From Catajapyx aquilonaris (taxonomy: Eukaryota), in NCBI GenBank assembly GCA_000934665.2, contig KZ538349.1, positions 1 through 64,000 of the forward strand: a stretch of 64,000 nucleotides of DNA, read 5' to 3'. The translations under genes and the position numbers were made by a program. Shown here in pieces: positions 1 to 10,121 of the stretch. How positions within the stretch are numbered: the stretch's first letter is position 1; each line of letters starts with the position of its first letter. Under the pieces are notes generated by a model that was given only the letters and a program-made list of their open reading frames with translations, was not told the DNA's origin and ran no database searches.

Positions 1-76
1 TTTAAATATACCGTTGGAGCCTCTCAGGCTCCACCTACGTAGTTAAAGGTGTTTCACCCACCTACGTAGTTAAGGG
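1..76. mobile_element. Probable right terminus of a piggyBac-like element (truncated by window edge)
   Basis: Ends ...CTACGTAGTTAAGGG followed by TTAA (77-80). CCACCTACGTAGTTAA is repeated subterminally (31-46, 58-73). The other end is not visible. Confidence 0.4.
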
Positions 77-123
77 TTAAGGACAAAGTTCCGAATCTGA
101 TCACATATTTAGGGGATTAGGGG

Positions 124-327
124 ATGTGCAAAGTGCAAGTGCAATGTCGTATTTGGTCATTTTGTGAACTCCCCGGGTGGATTAGTCTAGCGGAAATTTC
201 CACCCGAGACGAAGCCAGAGATGGCCCAACTCTGCACGAGATGAAGGGGGGAACCCCGGGCTGGAATCGAACCCGGGACCTTAACATCCGTGGGCGTGTG
301 CGTTACCGCAGCACCACTCCGCCTCCC
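124..327 (-). mobile_element. tRNA-derived SINE family D, 3'-truncated copy
   Basis: Reverse complement matches the D copies at 28148, 38994 and 57322: head GGGAGGCGGAGTGGTGCTGCGGTAACGC...GGTTCGATTCC, then the structured core and GACATTGCAC. Confidence 0.85.
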
Positions 328-350
328 TGCTACTCATTTATTATGATGTA

Positions 351-810
351 CCGAAGCAGTTTGGCGGAGTGGATAAGGTGTTCGACTGCTAATCGGGAGG
401 TCCTGGGTTCGAGTCCCGGGGCAGGCAATCCTAACCGTGGTTTTCTGTGGTTTCCCACGGTTCCCCCAGGATAATTCCGGGATTGCTTCCTAAAGTAATA
501 GGTCACAGCCGCTTCCTTACTTTCCGATCCTTGTCCCGTCCATGAGGAAGTGCGGTGTCGGTGGAAGTGCGGTGTCGGTGGGGGCTTTCTGACCCGCATC
601 TAGGGGATCATCTTGGCAAACGGGCCCCCTGAGGAACTGCACACGACCCCCAACTTGAGACATTGCACCTGCACCAGTGTACCCCCCTCATTATCCCTAT
701 CCTGTCCCCCTTGCACTGGAGGAAACATAGTACGAGAAAAGCGATGGTGGTGTACCACCCCCCAACCGGGCCTATACGTAGGCCTATCACGGGGTAAAAC
801 AAGAAAAATT
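351..810 (+). mobile_element. tRNA-derived SINE family A, long form
   Basis: A box TGGCGGAGTGG and B box GGTTCGAGTCC. Lm1/Talub-like block GGTTTTCTGTGGTTTCCC...GCCGCTTCCTT, structured core, tail GGCCTATCACGGGGT plus A-rich end. TSD ATTTATTATG(A/T)TGTA at 336-350 and 811-825. Confidence 0.9.
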
Positions 811-1340
811 ATTTATTATGTTGTAAAGGTAAATGAAAAAAGTAACTCCTTGAAAATACGAGTCCAAAAATTTCGAACTGAAACACAGACCTCAAATAAA
901 ACATGCCGTGTATATGTTAGGCTCAAACCCCGAAAACGGCCATTGGGCGAAAAAAAAACGTCCCTTCTGCAGAATGCTCATTTTCAAACCATCCATTCTG
1001 CAGAATGGACGTTTTAATGAAACGGCCAGACCCCGAAATTCTCTTTCTAAAAAGGCCAGAACGCTTTCCTGGGCTCAACTTACACGTCAGGACGCCAATT
1101 TCGTGTCGGGATGGCTGGTTTAGAAGACGCCCATAACTCGTTGTGGCAGTTTCCTGTTTCCCACTATGCCATGTAGATGCTGGAAATAAATCATCCTATT
1201 GTTGTTTGGCAAATGGTTGCAATATTTATTTTTGATGATCCTGTTTATTTTCCAGGAACTATTCCCTCCAAACATTTATTATCATTATTACTAGTACATC
1301 TTCTTCCAGGCACTGTTATCCTTCAGTTATTAGTCTATTT

Positions 1341-1957
1341 GTTCTTGCAGGCACTGTTCGAATGACACTTACAATTGCACTTAATATTGCTTGATCGACA
1401 TTTACATTACTTCTTATCAGTGCAGTACTCTTGCAGCTGCATCTTATAAATCTCCGCTTACTACCTGAACTTAAGCTGAAGCCGATCGAAGAGATACAGA
1501 ACTGATTGAAGGAACTTCGTTCAGATTTATAAAATTGAAATCAGCAGAATGGCAGCAGCTTCGAGTTGTTCAGCTTCAGCATGAAAACTCTGAAACAGAG
1601 TATACCTGAAGTCGGTCGAGCATGTTTTTGGCTCCTATAGGAATGTGTCAGGGTTGTTTTAGGTTCCGTTAAAGCATCTGGGCTCTACCAGTTGGGCACC
1701 AAAGAAGGCATTTTAGAGAGGCTGTATGCACACCTGCTGAATCCAATTATTTTATAGATCTGAACGAAATATATTCCTTCCACCAGATCTGCATCTCTTG
1801 GATCGGCTTCAGCTTTTAAGTTCAGGTAGTAAGCAGGGATTCGTAAGTTGCAGTTGCGTAAAGTACTGCACTGATAAGAAAATGTAAATGTCGTTCAAGT
1901 ACAGGTAATACTAAATGTAATAATATTCTAAGTGTGTCTAACGGTGCCTGTAAGAAC
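1341..1957. repeat. Degenerate inverted repeat inside the 909-3277 element
   Basis: GTTCTTGCAGGCACTGTT...CTTATCAGTGCAGTACT...CTACCTGAACTTAAGCTGAAGCCGATC is mirrored at ~1760-1957. Confidence 0.7.
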
Positions 1958-2036
1958 GCTAGAGGCGAATTCCAAGATCCCCTAAGGCAATTTTCAAGAA
2001 AAATGAGCGGAGGACATCGATTGGTAGCTTATGGTA

Positions 2037-2728
2037 CAGTACCCTGCATTAATGGCTATGCACAGACATCGCCACCTGGCGGGATTGAGCGGAACTAGGC
2101 GTCGGTGGGCTGTGTCCAAAATACTTTGATCTCAAGACTGCTCACGAGACCGCTCTAGACGGCTCAAGATATCACGGTGGATTAACAGGCATTAGCTTGG
2201 TCCGTGTAATAACTGGTTCACAACCTCAGTACATTGATAGGAATCGCAATGGCCTTATAATTCATCCCACAGATATATCTGTGATCCATCAACCGAAGCA
2301 GTGGTGGCGGAGGGGATATGGTATCCGACTGCTAATCGGGAGGTCCTGGGTTCGATCCCCGGGGCCGGCAACCCTAACCGTGGTTTTCTGTGGTTTCCCA
2401 CGGTCCCTCCAAGTAAATGCCGGGGTTGTTTCCGAAAATAATAGGCCACAGCCGCTTCCTTCCGTCCCTATCCTAGTCCCAAAAGCGAAGTAAAAATGCA
2501 AAGAGAGAGTTCCAGTCAAAATAAAACTCCCCCCTAAAGAGTCGCAGGCTGATAATGGGGTATGATATGATATGATATTATATTATTATCTGTGATCCAT
2601 CTTTGTAGCAAGAGTTTGAATCCACCGCGATATCATGAAGTATTTTGGAAGCAGCCCACCGACGTTTAATTCCGCTCGTTCTTGGACAGGTGGCGATGTC
2701 TGTGCATAGCCATTAATGCAGGGTACTG
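2037..2728. mobile_element. Tc1/mariner-type MITE (TA TSD)
   Basis: About 42-bp perfect TIR CAGTACCCTGCATTAATGGCTATGCACAGACATCGCCACCTG, with TA on both sides. Confidence 0.85.
2291..2586 (+). mobile_element. SINE family A, short form (no structured core), inserted in the MITE
   Basis: Same head and Lm1-like block as the copy at 351. Tail CCCCCTAAAGAGTCGCAGGCTGATAATGGGGT plus (ATATG)n. 15-bp TSD TATCTGTGATCCATC at 2276-2290 and 2587-2601. Confidence 0.9.
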
Positions 2729-4692
2729 TACTCCCCACCTCCTCCTGAGGTCAGAATACACCAAATGTCTCTAGGTCCAAGCAAGGAAATCGGAGAATTT
2801 TTCCAAAGCCATATAAGGCCATATATACTTTATGACGACAAAAACTCAAATTTCAAAAGGACACAAATGTACCTAGAGGGGACATTGGAATCCCGCCTCT
2901 TATGATGAAGGTAATAGTTCCTAGAAAATAAACAGTATCATCAAATGTTAAGTATTTCAACCATTTGCCAAACAAGAACAGGGTGATTTATTTCCAGCAT
3001 CTACATGGCATAGTGGGAAACAGGAAACTGCCACAACGAGTTATGGGCGTCTTCTAAACCAGCCATCCCGACACGAAATTGGCGTCCTGACGTTTTTACG
3101 TTTAGCCCAGGAAAGCGTTCTGGCCTCTTTAAAAAGAGCATTTCGGGGTCTGGCCGTTTCATTAAAATGTCCATTCTGCGGAATGGATGGTTTTGCACAG
3201 TATGCTGCAGTAGGCTGCAGTATGGACGTTTTTTTTCGCCCAATGGCCGTTTTCGGGGTTTGAGCCTAACATATACATTGCAATGTTATTTACTTGAAGG
3301 ATCATTAGCTAAGATACCATCGCATTACATGGCAACTCCATGTGGTTTAGAGGGCTTTATCTCGTCCCATTACATCTATGTTTACTCGGAGGTGGTGAAA
3401 TGAATATAATGCCGGACTAAATGTGCTATTAATTCCGTAAGTCAAATTTGAAAGGAAACACAATCCTGAATCATTCATGCCGCGAAATGCAACAATGATC
3501 ACGCTCTGGAAATGACGGCCATGGCAGCCTCCCACTTGATGTGGTATACAGTATGGCATATGGGACGACTTGGATATGTACAGTAGACTACTTGTCCTAT
3601 TTTAAAAGAGTACAGGTTAATCACTGCTGTGGTTCATGATCTCCAACAAATTATGCGGGTGCCATCTTACAAAGAACATCCTGCACATTGCGCTCGACCT
3701 GTTCATCTGGTCGATTTGGGAAGCTTAGAAAACACGCGAAATATTATTTTTATTGTCATACGAAACTCTCTTCCCGTCCCCCTCCCCCTCCCCGTCCCCA
3801 CCCTGAAAGGTATAGACACAGCAGAATTCGCTTCCTGTGAGTTTGCTTATCACACAGGCGCATGATAGTTCCGTTGTTATTTGAATTAGGGGGAGGAGGG
3901 ATAGTGAGGGTTTCAAGGATGCCAGGCACCATTGTCCACTGACATGATAACAAGCCATTCAAAGCTCTGACCGGAACTTTCCACGGTCCACACACTCTCT
4001 TTCGGAAGGTATTCCACCCTTTCTCCTCATGTAGCCTACAAATCCAGGGCAACTGACCTCCGTGCCCCGTCTTCCTCCCGGCATCATAAATCCAAGCCTC
4101 TCTTGGCTCATACAAATATTCATCCAAACATAAAGTTTCACTCGGATTCATTTTTCTGTATTACGTATATCCTTGCCATAATTCATTACATTATGTTGTT
4201 GGGCCAGGCTAAGGCTAGATAGTTCCTTCTTCCGAATTTCATAGCAGAATTTCTTGCACACTTTCCACTCACGACCTCTAACAAATGCCTTACTGTCAAG
4301 CAGTTATCTCATCGGAATTTCCCAGTCAGAAATATTCTGCTATACCCAGCTACAGAGTCGAGTGTTGTAGCTACGTATACCGTTAGATACCTCTTGTCAT
4401 TCACATGCTAGAGACTCAGCACGCCATATAATAAAGACGGCCCCCACCAGCAAAAAAACATTCGGTTGTGTCGGGAACACAAGCCCCAGCTGTTGACGTG
4501 CATACGTCTTCAAAATTGGATCAGTATTGGGGGAGTGAATTGATTGCTTATTATCAGTATTGAAGTCTGGACACTCATGGTGACCCTCCTAAGAATTTCC
4601 CTGCATGCCCCCCTGCATTCCCCCGCCATGGGCCTCATGGCAGGGCCCCATGGCAGGGCCCCCTGGCAGGGTCCTGAATATAACACTCACAC

Positions 4693-4858
4693 GCCACTTC
4701 GGATATAGTAGACTCGGTTATAATAGCCTGTAACGCTTTTCTGTAACGCTCGAGTTTGCCTCCATGCGCCCTAGAATTTAGCCACTTCGGATATAGTAGA
4801 CTCGGATATAGTAGACTGCAACGCTTTTCTGTAACGCTCGAGTTTGCCTGCATGCCCC
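4693..4858. repeat. Tandemly duplicated fragment of about 88 bp, MITE-like
   Basis: GCCACTTCGGATATAGTAGACTCGG...AACGCTTTTCTGTAACGCTCGAGTTTGCCT occurs twice. Confidence 0.6.
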
Positions 4859-5047
4859 CCATCTATACGGACCCGATTTTAAAGACGTATTCACGTCAAA
4901 AAATTGGATGGTAGTTTGGTCAATTTAAGTCGATTTTAGTACAACTCAATGAGAAAGTTACTCGCATCATGTGCACAGCATATTACAATATATTAAAGTT
5001 TCCGTAATGGCAAGCCATTTATAAACATTCGCACTAAACTGCTCATT

Positions 5048-5647
5048 CAGTAAAACTTCTCTAAGTCGAATCTCCATGGGACCGGAAATAAACTTTGAGT
5101 TATAGAAGATTCGAGTTAAAGGAATTAGGGTTTTTTAAAGCACATAACTCTATAAGGAAGCCAACTTCATATCCAGTGACAAAAGGTGTTCAAAACTTAA
5201 AAATTACTGTCACTATCACACTTACATGTTCCTCGCTGTTTTGTTGTAAAAAAAATCTCTCTTATGGACATTAGCCTACTCTTAGATTCAAGGATTCAAT
5301 TGTCGCAATCGAGTCAAACACTTCTTTTGGTACGTCTGGTAGACGGAGATCAGAAAATTGAGCCTTTCTGTACATGTGGCCTACTCTCGACCCTTCGGCT
5401 GGGAAATGAGACAATTTTCCTTACTCGCCAACATGAACTTGGACTTAGGGAGAATGAAAATGCATTGATATCCCATCGTAAGGCCCTGCCTGCACTTCGA
5501 GTTATGGAGAACTTCGAGTTATAGACATTCGAGTTAGGAAAGTTTATTTCCTATTATTATTTTACATTGGGACCAACCAACTCATCATTTTCTTCGACTT
5601 ATAGAGAACTTAGACATAGGGAATTTCGACTTACGGAAGTTTTACTG
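5048..5647. mobile_element. pogo/Tigger-like MITE
   Basis: TIR CAGTAAAACTTC...GAAGTTTTACTG followed by TA. Multiple subterminal TTCGAGTTA/TTCGACTTA repeats. Confidence 0.75.
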
Positions 5648-6117
5648 TATTCAGTCGTTACATTCGAACAGTAACTCTAGCTTCAATAAGAAATATTAAC
5701 TGTTAATAGTAGGTTGAATGGATATATTATATTTTACTCGATACGATCTACGTACGCTCCGAATGCTGCAGCGTATTGATTGCATAGTAGGCCATATCCA
5801 TGGATTCATCGACTGTCCACATGTGCCAGTGGGTCAAAACTGGTCATTCTGGTGCATTAATTGCAATGCATGGCCCTCAGACATGCTTTCCATTCAGCCT
5901 ATTAGCAGCTAGCAGCTCACTGAAACGTAACTGTGAAAACAACGCAGCTAAATGCCAAAAAAACCGATAACTCTGGAAAGAACACACTATACAGTGGCCA
6001 GTATTCAAAATTTGTTTCCACTCGATCATTTCTGGCAATTCATTAACTAGTGTTCAGTTCGATATTACGAATTGTTCACCCTAGAAACGAGCTTAAAGTG
6101 AAAACAATCCAACGGAA

Positions 6118-6810
6118 CACCGAAAAAAAGGAATAAGTTGAAGTAACCAAAAGATTTGGTAGAATGCTAAAGGGTCGATTCAACCAAAACTGCACTTGGC
6201 AGAACCAGAATTACGCGGTTGGCGCAACAAAACAAAATTGGTTGCGATTGCATTGCGGGCAGCCTCTCATGCTCAGGAGGTGAACGGGTGATTACTTTCC
6301 GCCAGATGTTTGTCAGTTATAGGCGATGATGATAATTATCATATTCATAACCAAGCCCTTGGGGCAACCTGACACTCGACATAATGTCCATCTGATGGTT
6401 GAGTGCTCACCTGTTCCAGGTAGGAGTGGATGGGCTTTTTTGGGACGTTACAGAGATTCTCTGACTACTAGTGTTTGAACGCTAGTGTGAAGGATGGGGT
6501 CTCTGTAATTGAGAGAAGCATGCTAACGGACATGCTATACTGGGGCTAACCCCCTCCAGTGTAGGTACAGAGTACAAGTAATTCGACTGGACATTGGTGA
6601 ATGACTCTTGAGCGACTGTATCATAACTTCATAAGTACCCACTGTGGGGATTAGCTTGTACAGTAGGAGAAACACGTCAGAACAACCAATATTTTGGTTA
6701 CCTATACAAAATGCGACAACCTATTTTGTTTGGTTACTTCAACCGAAATCTCGATAGGTTGTATATTAACTCTCCTAATTTGGTTCCATGAACCATATTT
6801 TGGTTCTGTC

Positions 6811-6907
<97 letters not shown>

Positions 6908-6920
6908 TGAAGCAACACTC
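6118..6920. mobile_element. Decayed element with AACC..GGTT subterminal palindromic motifs (possibly CMC/EnSpm-like)
   Basis: Starts CACCGAAAAAA. Repeated AACCAA-N-TTGGTT motifs at 6145-6245 and 6680-6810. Termini are not resolved. Confidence 0.3.
6814..6904. repeat. (TA)n microsatellite
   Basis: About 45 TA units. Confidence 0.98.
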
Positions 6921-7124
6921 AGTCACGATCCCATATCGTGATAAAGCTGATTGTGATAAGTGATGAAGTAGAACAATCCATAATTGAAAGGCTCTCCGCA
7001 ATAAGATGGTAAGTGGACTTACCTGCTTTATAGGTTTTTCGCTTTAAAAAGTTGGAAAATATTCTTAACTACCTACTGCCAAGATCTCTAAGGCCTACGT
7101 GGTGCCTTTATGTGGTAAAAAGAC

Positions 7125-7379
7125 GACACGGTGGCGGAGTGGTTAGCGCCACAGCCTTCCACCTCTAAGGTCCCGAGTACGATCCCCGGGTCGCGCAAAG
7201 GATGCTTATGTGGATAGAGTTTCGATGGGTTCTCTCCGTGTTCGCGTGGGTTTTCTCGGGGTTCTCCCGTTTCCTCCCGCAATCAAAATCCATCACACGC
7301 AGGCAATGATTAAAGACGGTTCACGAAAAGATGATCCCCTAAGAGGCCCAAGGGGCCTATCACGGGGTATCCATTATTA
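7125..7379 (+). mobile_element. tRNA-derived SINE family B with a V-domain-like core
   Basis: A box TGGCGGAGTGG. Core TTCTCTCCGTGTTCGCGTGGGTTTTCTCGGGGTTCTCCCGTTTCCTCCC resembles the V-SINE domain. Shared tail. 17-bp TSD TTATGTGGTAAAAAGAC at 7108-7124 and 7380-7396. Confidence 0.9.
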
Positions 7380-8152
7380 TTATGTGGTAAAAAGACTAAT
7401 GGCACAAGCCTTGCACCTGTATCTGGGCATAGTAAGTAGGTGGCGCCACCGCGGTGGCTTACAATAACCCGATTATTTCAGTAAATGTGCATCCCACATA
7501 CGTATATGAAAAAGGTGGCTTTCAATTCTAAACGGTATGCATAATCTGGTAATAGCATCCAAAAAAATATCGATTAAAATTACGTGTCATGTTGGCAGGA
7601 CAAAGTTCGTGACCCTTGACACTAGCCTATAGACTTGAAATTTCAGAACATTTTTGAAGTAATCCCCTATTCATAACCTTTCAGTTATGTAAGTTTCATT
7701 TTTGTATTCATAGTAGGCTCCAAGATATCAAATAAATAAGGCGCCCCCACCAGGCCCCAATGGGGAAATTTACAAGTATATTTATTTCTTGAAAAAAAAG
7801 TGTGCTCTATAATATGTTTCACGTGTATTTGATGGGACTTTATGGTATCATCAAACAGCACTACCGTCTGTTTTAGTAAAATTTTCACGAAGTCAAATGT
7901 TCAAGTGCGTTTTTCTCAAAATGAATAATTTTCACTTGCCATCTTATTGCCGAGAACCCTTCAATTCCTCCCCTACCTACTCATCACCACAGCTGTGGAA
8001 TGGCAAGTGTAACAGTTTAAAAAGTTGCCTATTTCTTGGAAAGTACATTATATCCAGTGCTAAAAATTTAGAGCCAATAATTGCATCTCTCGTAGTGTAA
8101 CAAAAACCGCTAATTCATTCATATTTCTAGTGGTTAATATTATTTTGTGAAA

Positions 8153-8396
8153 GGGCGACACGGTGGCGGAGTGGTTAGCGTCACAGCCTTCCACCTCTAA
8201 GGTCCCGAGTTCGATCCCCGGGTCGCGCAGAGGATGCTTATGTGGATAGAGTTCCATGGGTTCTCTCCGTATTCGCGTGGGATTTCTCGGGGTTCTCCCG
8301 TTTCCTCCCACTATCAAATCACAGCGCAGGCAATGATTAAAGTCGGTTCACGAAAAGATGATCCCCTAAGAGGCGGGCGGCCTATCACGGGGTATC

Positions 8397-8456
<60 letters not shown>

Positions 8457-8457
8457 G
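8153..8457 (+). mobile_element. SINE family B copy with (ATT)n tail
   Basis: Closely similar to 7125-7379. B box GTTCGATCC. TSD approximately ATATTATTTTGT. Confidence 0.9.
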
Positions 8458-9079
8458 ATATTATTTTGTTGAAAAGAATTAATAACAAGAGAGGCTTTGA
8501 TATACCGCAAAAGGTGCAACAGAGTATAACACGAGATGACCGGCACGCGGTAATACAATATTACATGGTGTATGTCAAAACCGCCCTAGAGTTAATAGAG
8601 CTTTACCATTGTAGATACAGCGCTTCATTTGAGGATTAAGGGATTCCATTCCAATTTCCAAATGGATCGCACTCGCTGATTTTTAAACCCCATTCAAAGC
8701 CTCCATTTAGAAAACATGTCACAATGTGGATGATTTTGGTAGTCTCAGGTAGGCGTACGTGGCAGATCAAATGCTTACCCTCCCTTCGGACCAGCCAGGC
8801 ACAAATCAAGGTAGCACTTACCTAGAAAGGAAAGAACGACAACATTAGGTATGATCAAACCAATAGGAATCAACGCATTATAATAATAGGTCTACAAACC
8901 CGCACTATTCAGGTATTTGTACCTCCAACAAGAGAGGAAATGATCACATACAGGCTACTGTATACTATGTACACTTGTGCTCAATTATTTTGAAAGAGTG
9001 TCATCAATCTTATCGAACAATTGGATCAAGTCTCCCAAAAAGGCGTATACTGTATAATAACTTACCCGTCACGAGAAGT

Positions 9080-9220
9080 AGTAGCTAATAAAACCCAAGC
9101 GAATACGGAGGGAACCCACCAAAACTCTTCCAACATGGAAAAATCCCCTCCGCTATCCGAGGATCGAACACGGGATCTCAGAGGTGGGAGGCTATGGTGC
9201 TAACCACTACACAGTGCATC
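9080..9220 (-). mobile_element. Degenerate SINE family B 5' part
   Basis: Reverse complement GTAGTGGTTAGCACCATAGCCTCCCACCTCTGAGATCCCGTGTTCGATCC...GGGTTCCCTCCGTATTCGCTTGGGTTTT matches the B head and core. Confidence 0.7.
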
Positions 9221-9649
9221 CCAACCTCATTCATACATAGACGACTTGGTGACTCTTGGAGAAAACCATTTATCCGATGCGTTTTAAGTCGTTCGGGTGA
9301 TAGCCACGGAGTCTATTTATATACGTACGTGCAAGGGACAGAAATGGCCATCATTCGGACGACTGGGAACAGATCGGGACACGGGTTGACCGTCCCAAGA
9401 GGCACCAACGGAGGGTTGCCCCGTTACACATGGTCGTAAAATGTCTCACAAAATTCCCCACTATATTAACTAGCCTCTCACCTATAATGCTCTCAATTGA
9501 ATACCGTCACCTGACTTCTGGATTGCTTAGGGTGAAACTCTTGCAGTCATTCAGGCATAGTTTTTTTTAGAGGTGGCCAGACAGTAACTGATGCAAAAAC
9601 TCGTGGGGGGCGGGAGCAGTTGCTCTAAAAGTTGGATCACAGGGAATCC

Positions 9650-9870
9650 GCCTGTAAAACGATCCTGACCAAATGGATCATCTTCTAAATAAACGATCAA
9701 TTTGCATCTTAATGCTCTGAAGCATTGTCTATCCCACCGGTGAATTATGCTCATCATTTCATGAAACCAATATCCAATCTGTCCGTTCAGAGAGTGCCGA
9801 CGGTACAGTTCATTACACCCAACATGGCGCAAAAAACATGCTACAGTGTACTGATATGCTACGCATAGTG
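9650..9870 (-). pseudogene. Possible decayed mariner transposase N-terminal (HTH) fragment
   Basis: Translation YQYTVACFLRHVGCNELYRR...MMSIIHRW...LEDDPFG loosely matches mariner QRAVIxFL..EIHRRL..MS..RW..LEDDPRSGRP. Weak. Confidence 0.3.
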
Positions 9871-10121
9871 GGAAAAACGACTCGAAAAGCATGTTAATTC
9901 TCGCCTTCGATGCCATGCTACCATAGCGTATTTACTGTACGAGAAATCACAACCTTCCCTTGAAAAGCGAATCGTTTTCCCAACTGAATTGCGAGATAAA
10001 AACTAATTAGCAGTAATCGTGGGATCATTTCTGCTAGTATTTTCGACAATGGTGAGCAAGACTCAGTTTGATTAGTAGCCTACGGACCTATTATTACTAC
10101 TTTCTGGGATAATGCAAGTCA

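Larger units (their letters stand above)
909..3277. mobile_element. Large non-autonomous fold-back element with about 350-bp inverted arms
   Basis: 909-~1260 is the reverse complement of ~2910-3277 (TGTATATGTTAGGCTCAAACCCCGAAAACGGCC...). No clear TSD; superfamily unassigned. Confidence 0.8.

Noticed and set aside
107..124. Telomere-like TTAGG repeats
   Set aside because: Only two imperfect units (TTAGGGGA).
351..430. tRNA genes (GCT-, ACG- or GCC-anticodon-like heads in families A-E)
   Set aside because: Acceptor stems do not close. Each head continues into a repeated body and tail, usually bounded by TSDs, so these are SINE heads.
124..1017. ORFs of 100-170 aa in the ORF track (also 29049-29450, 34662-35283, 56790-57299)
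   Set aside because: They are chance frames across SINEs, palindromes or microsatellites, with no recognisable protein family.
3959..4151. RTE-like C-terminal peptide (ECVDRGKFR) on the minus strand
   Set aside because: Similarity is too short and there is no tail or TSD.
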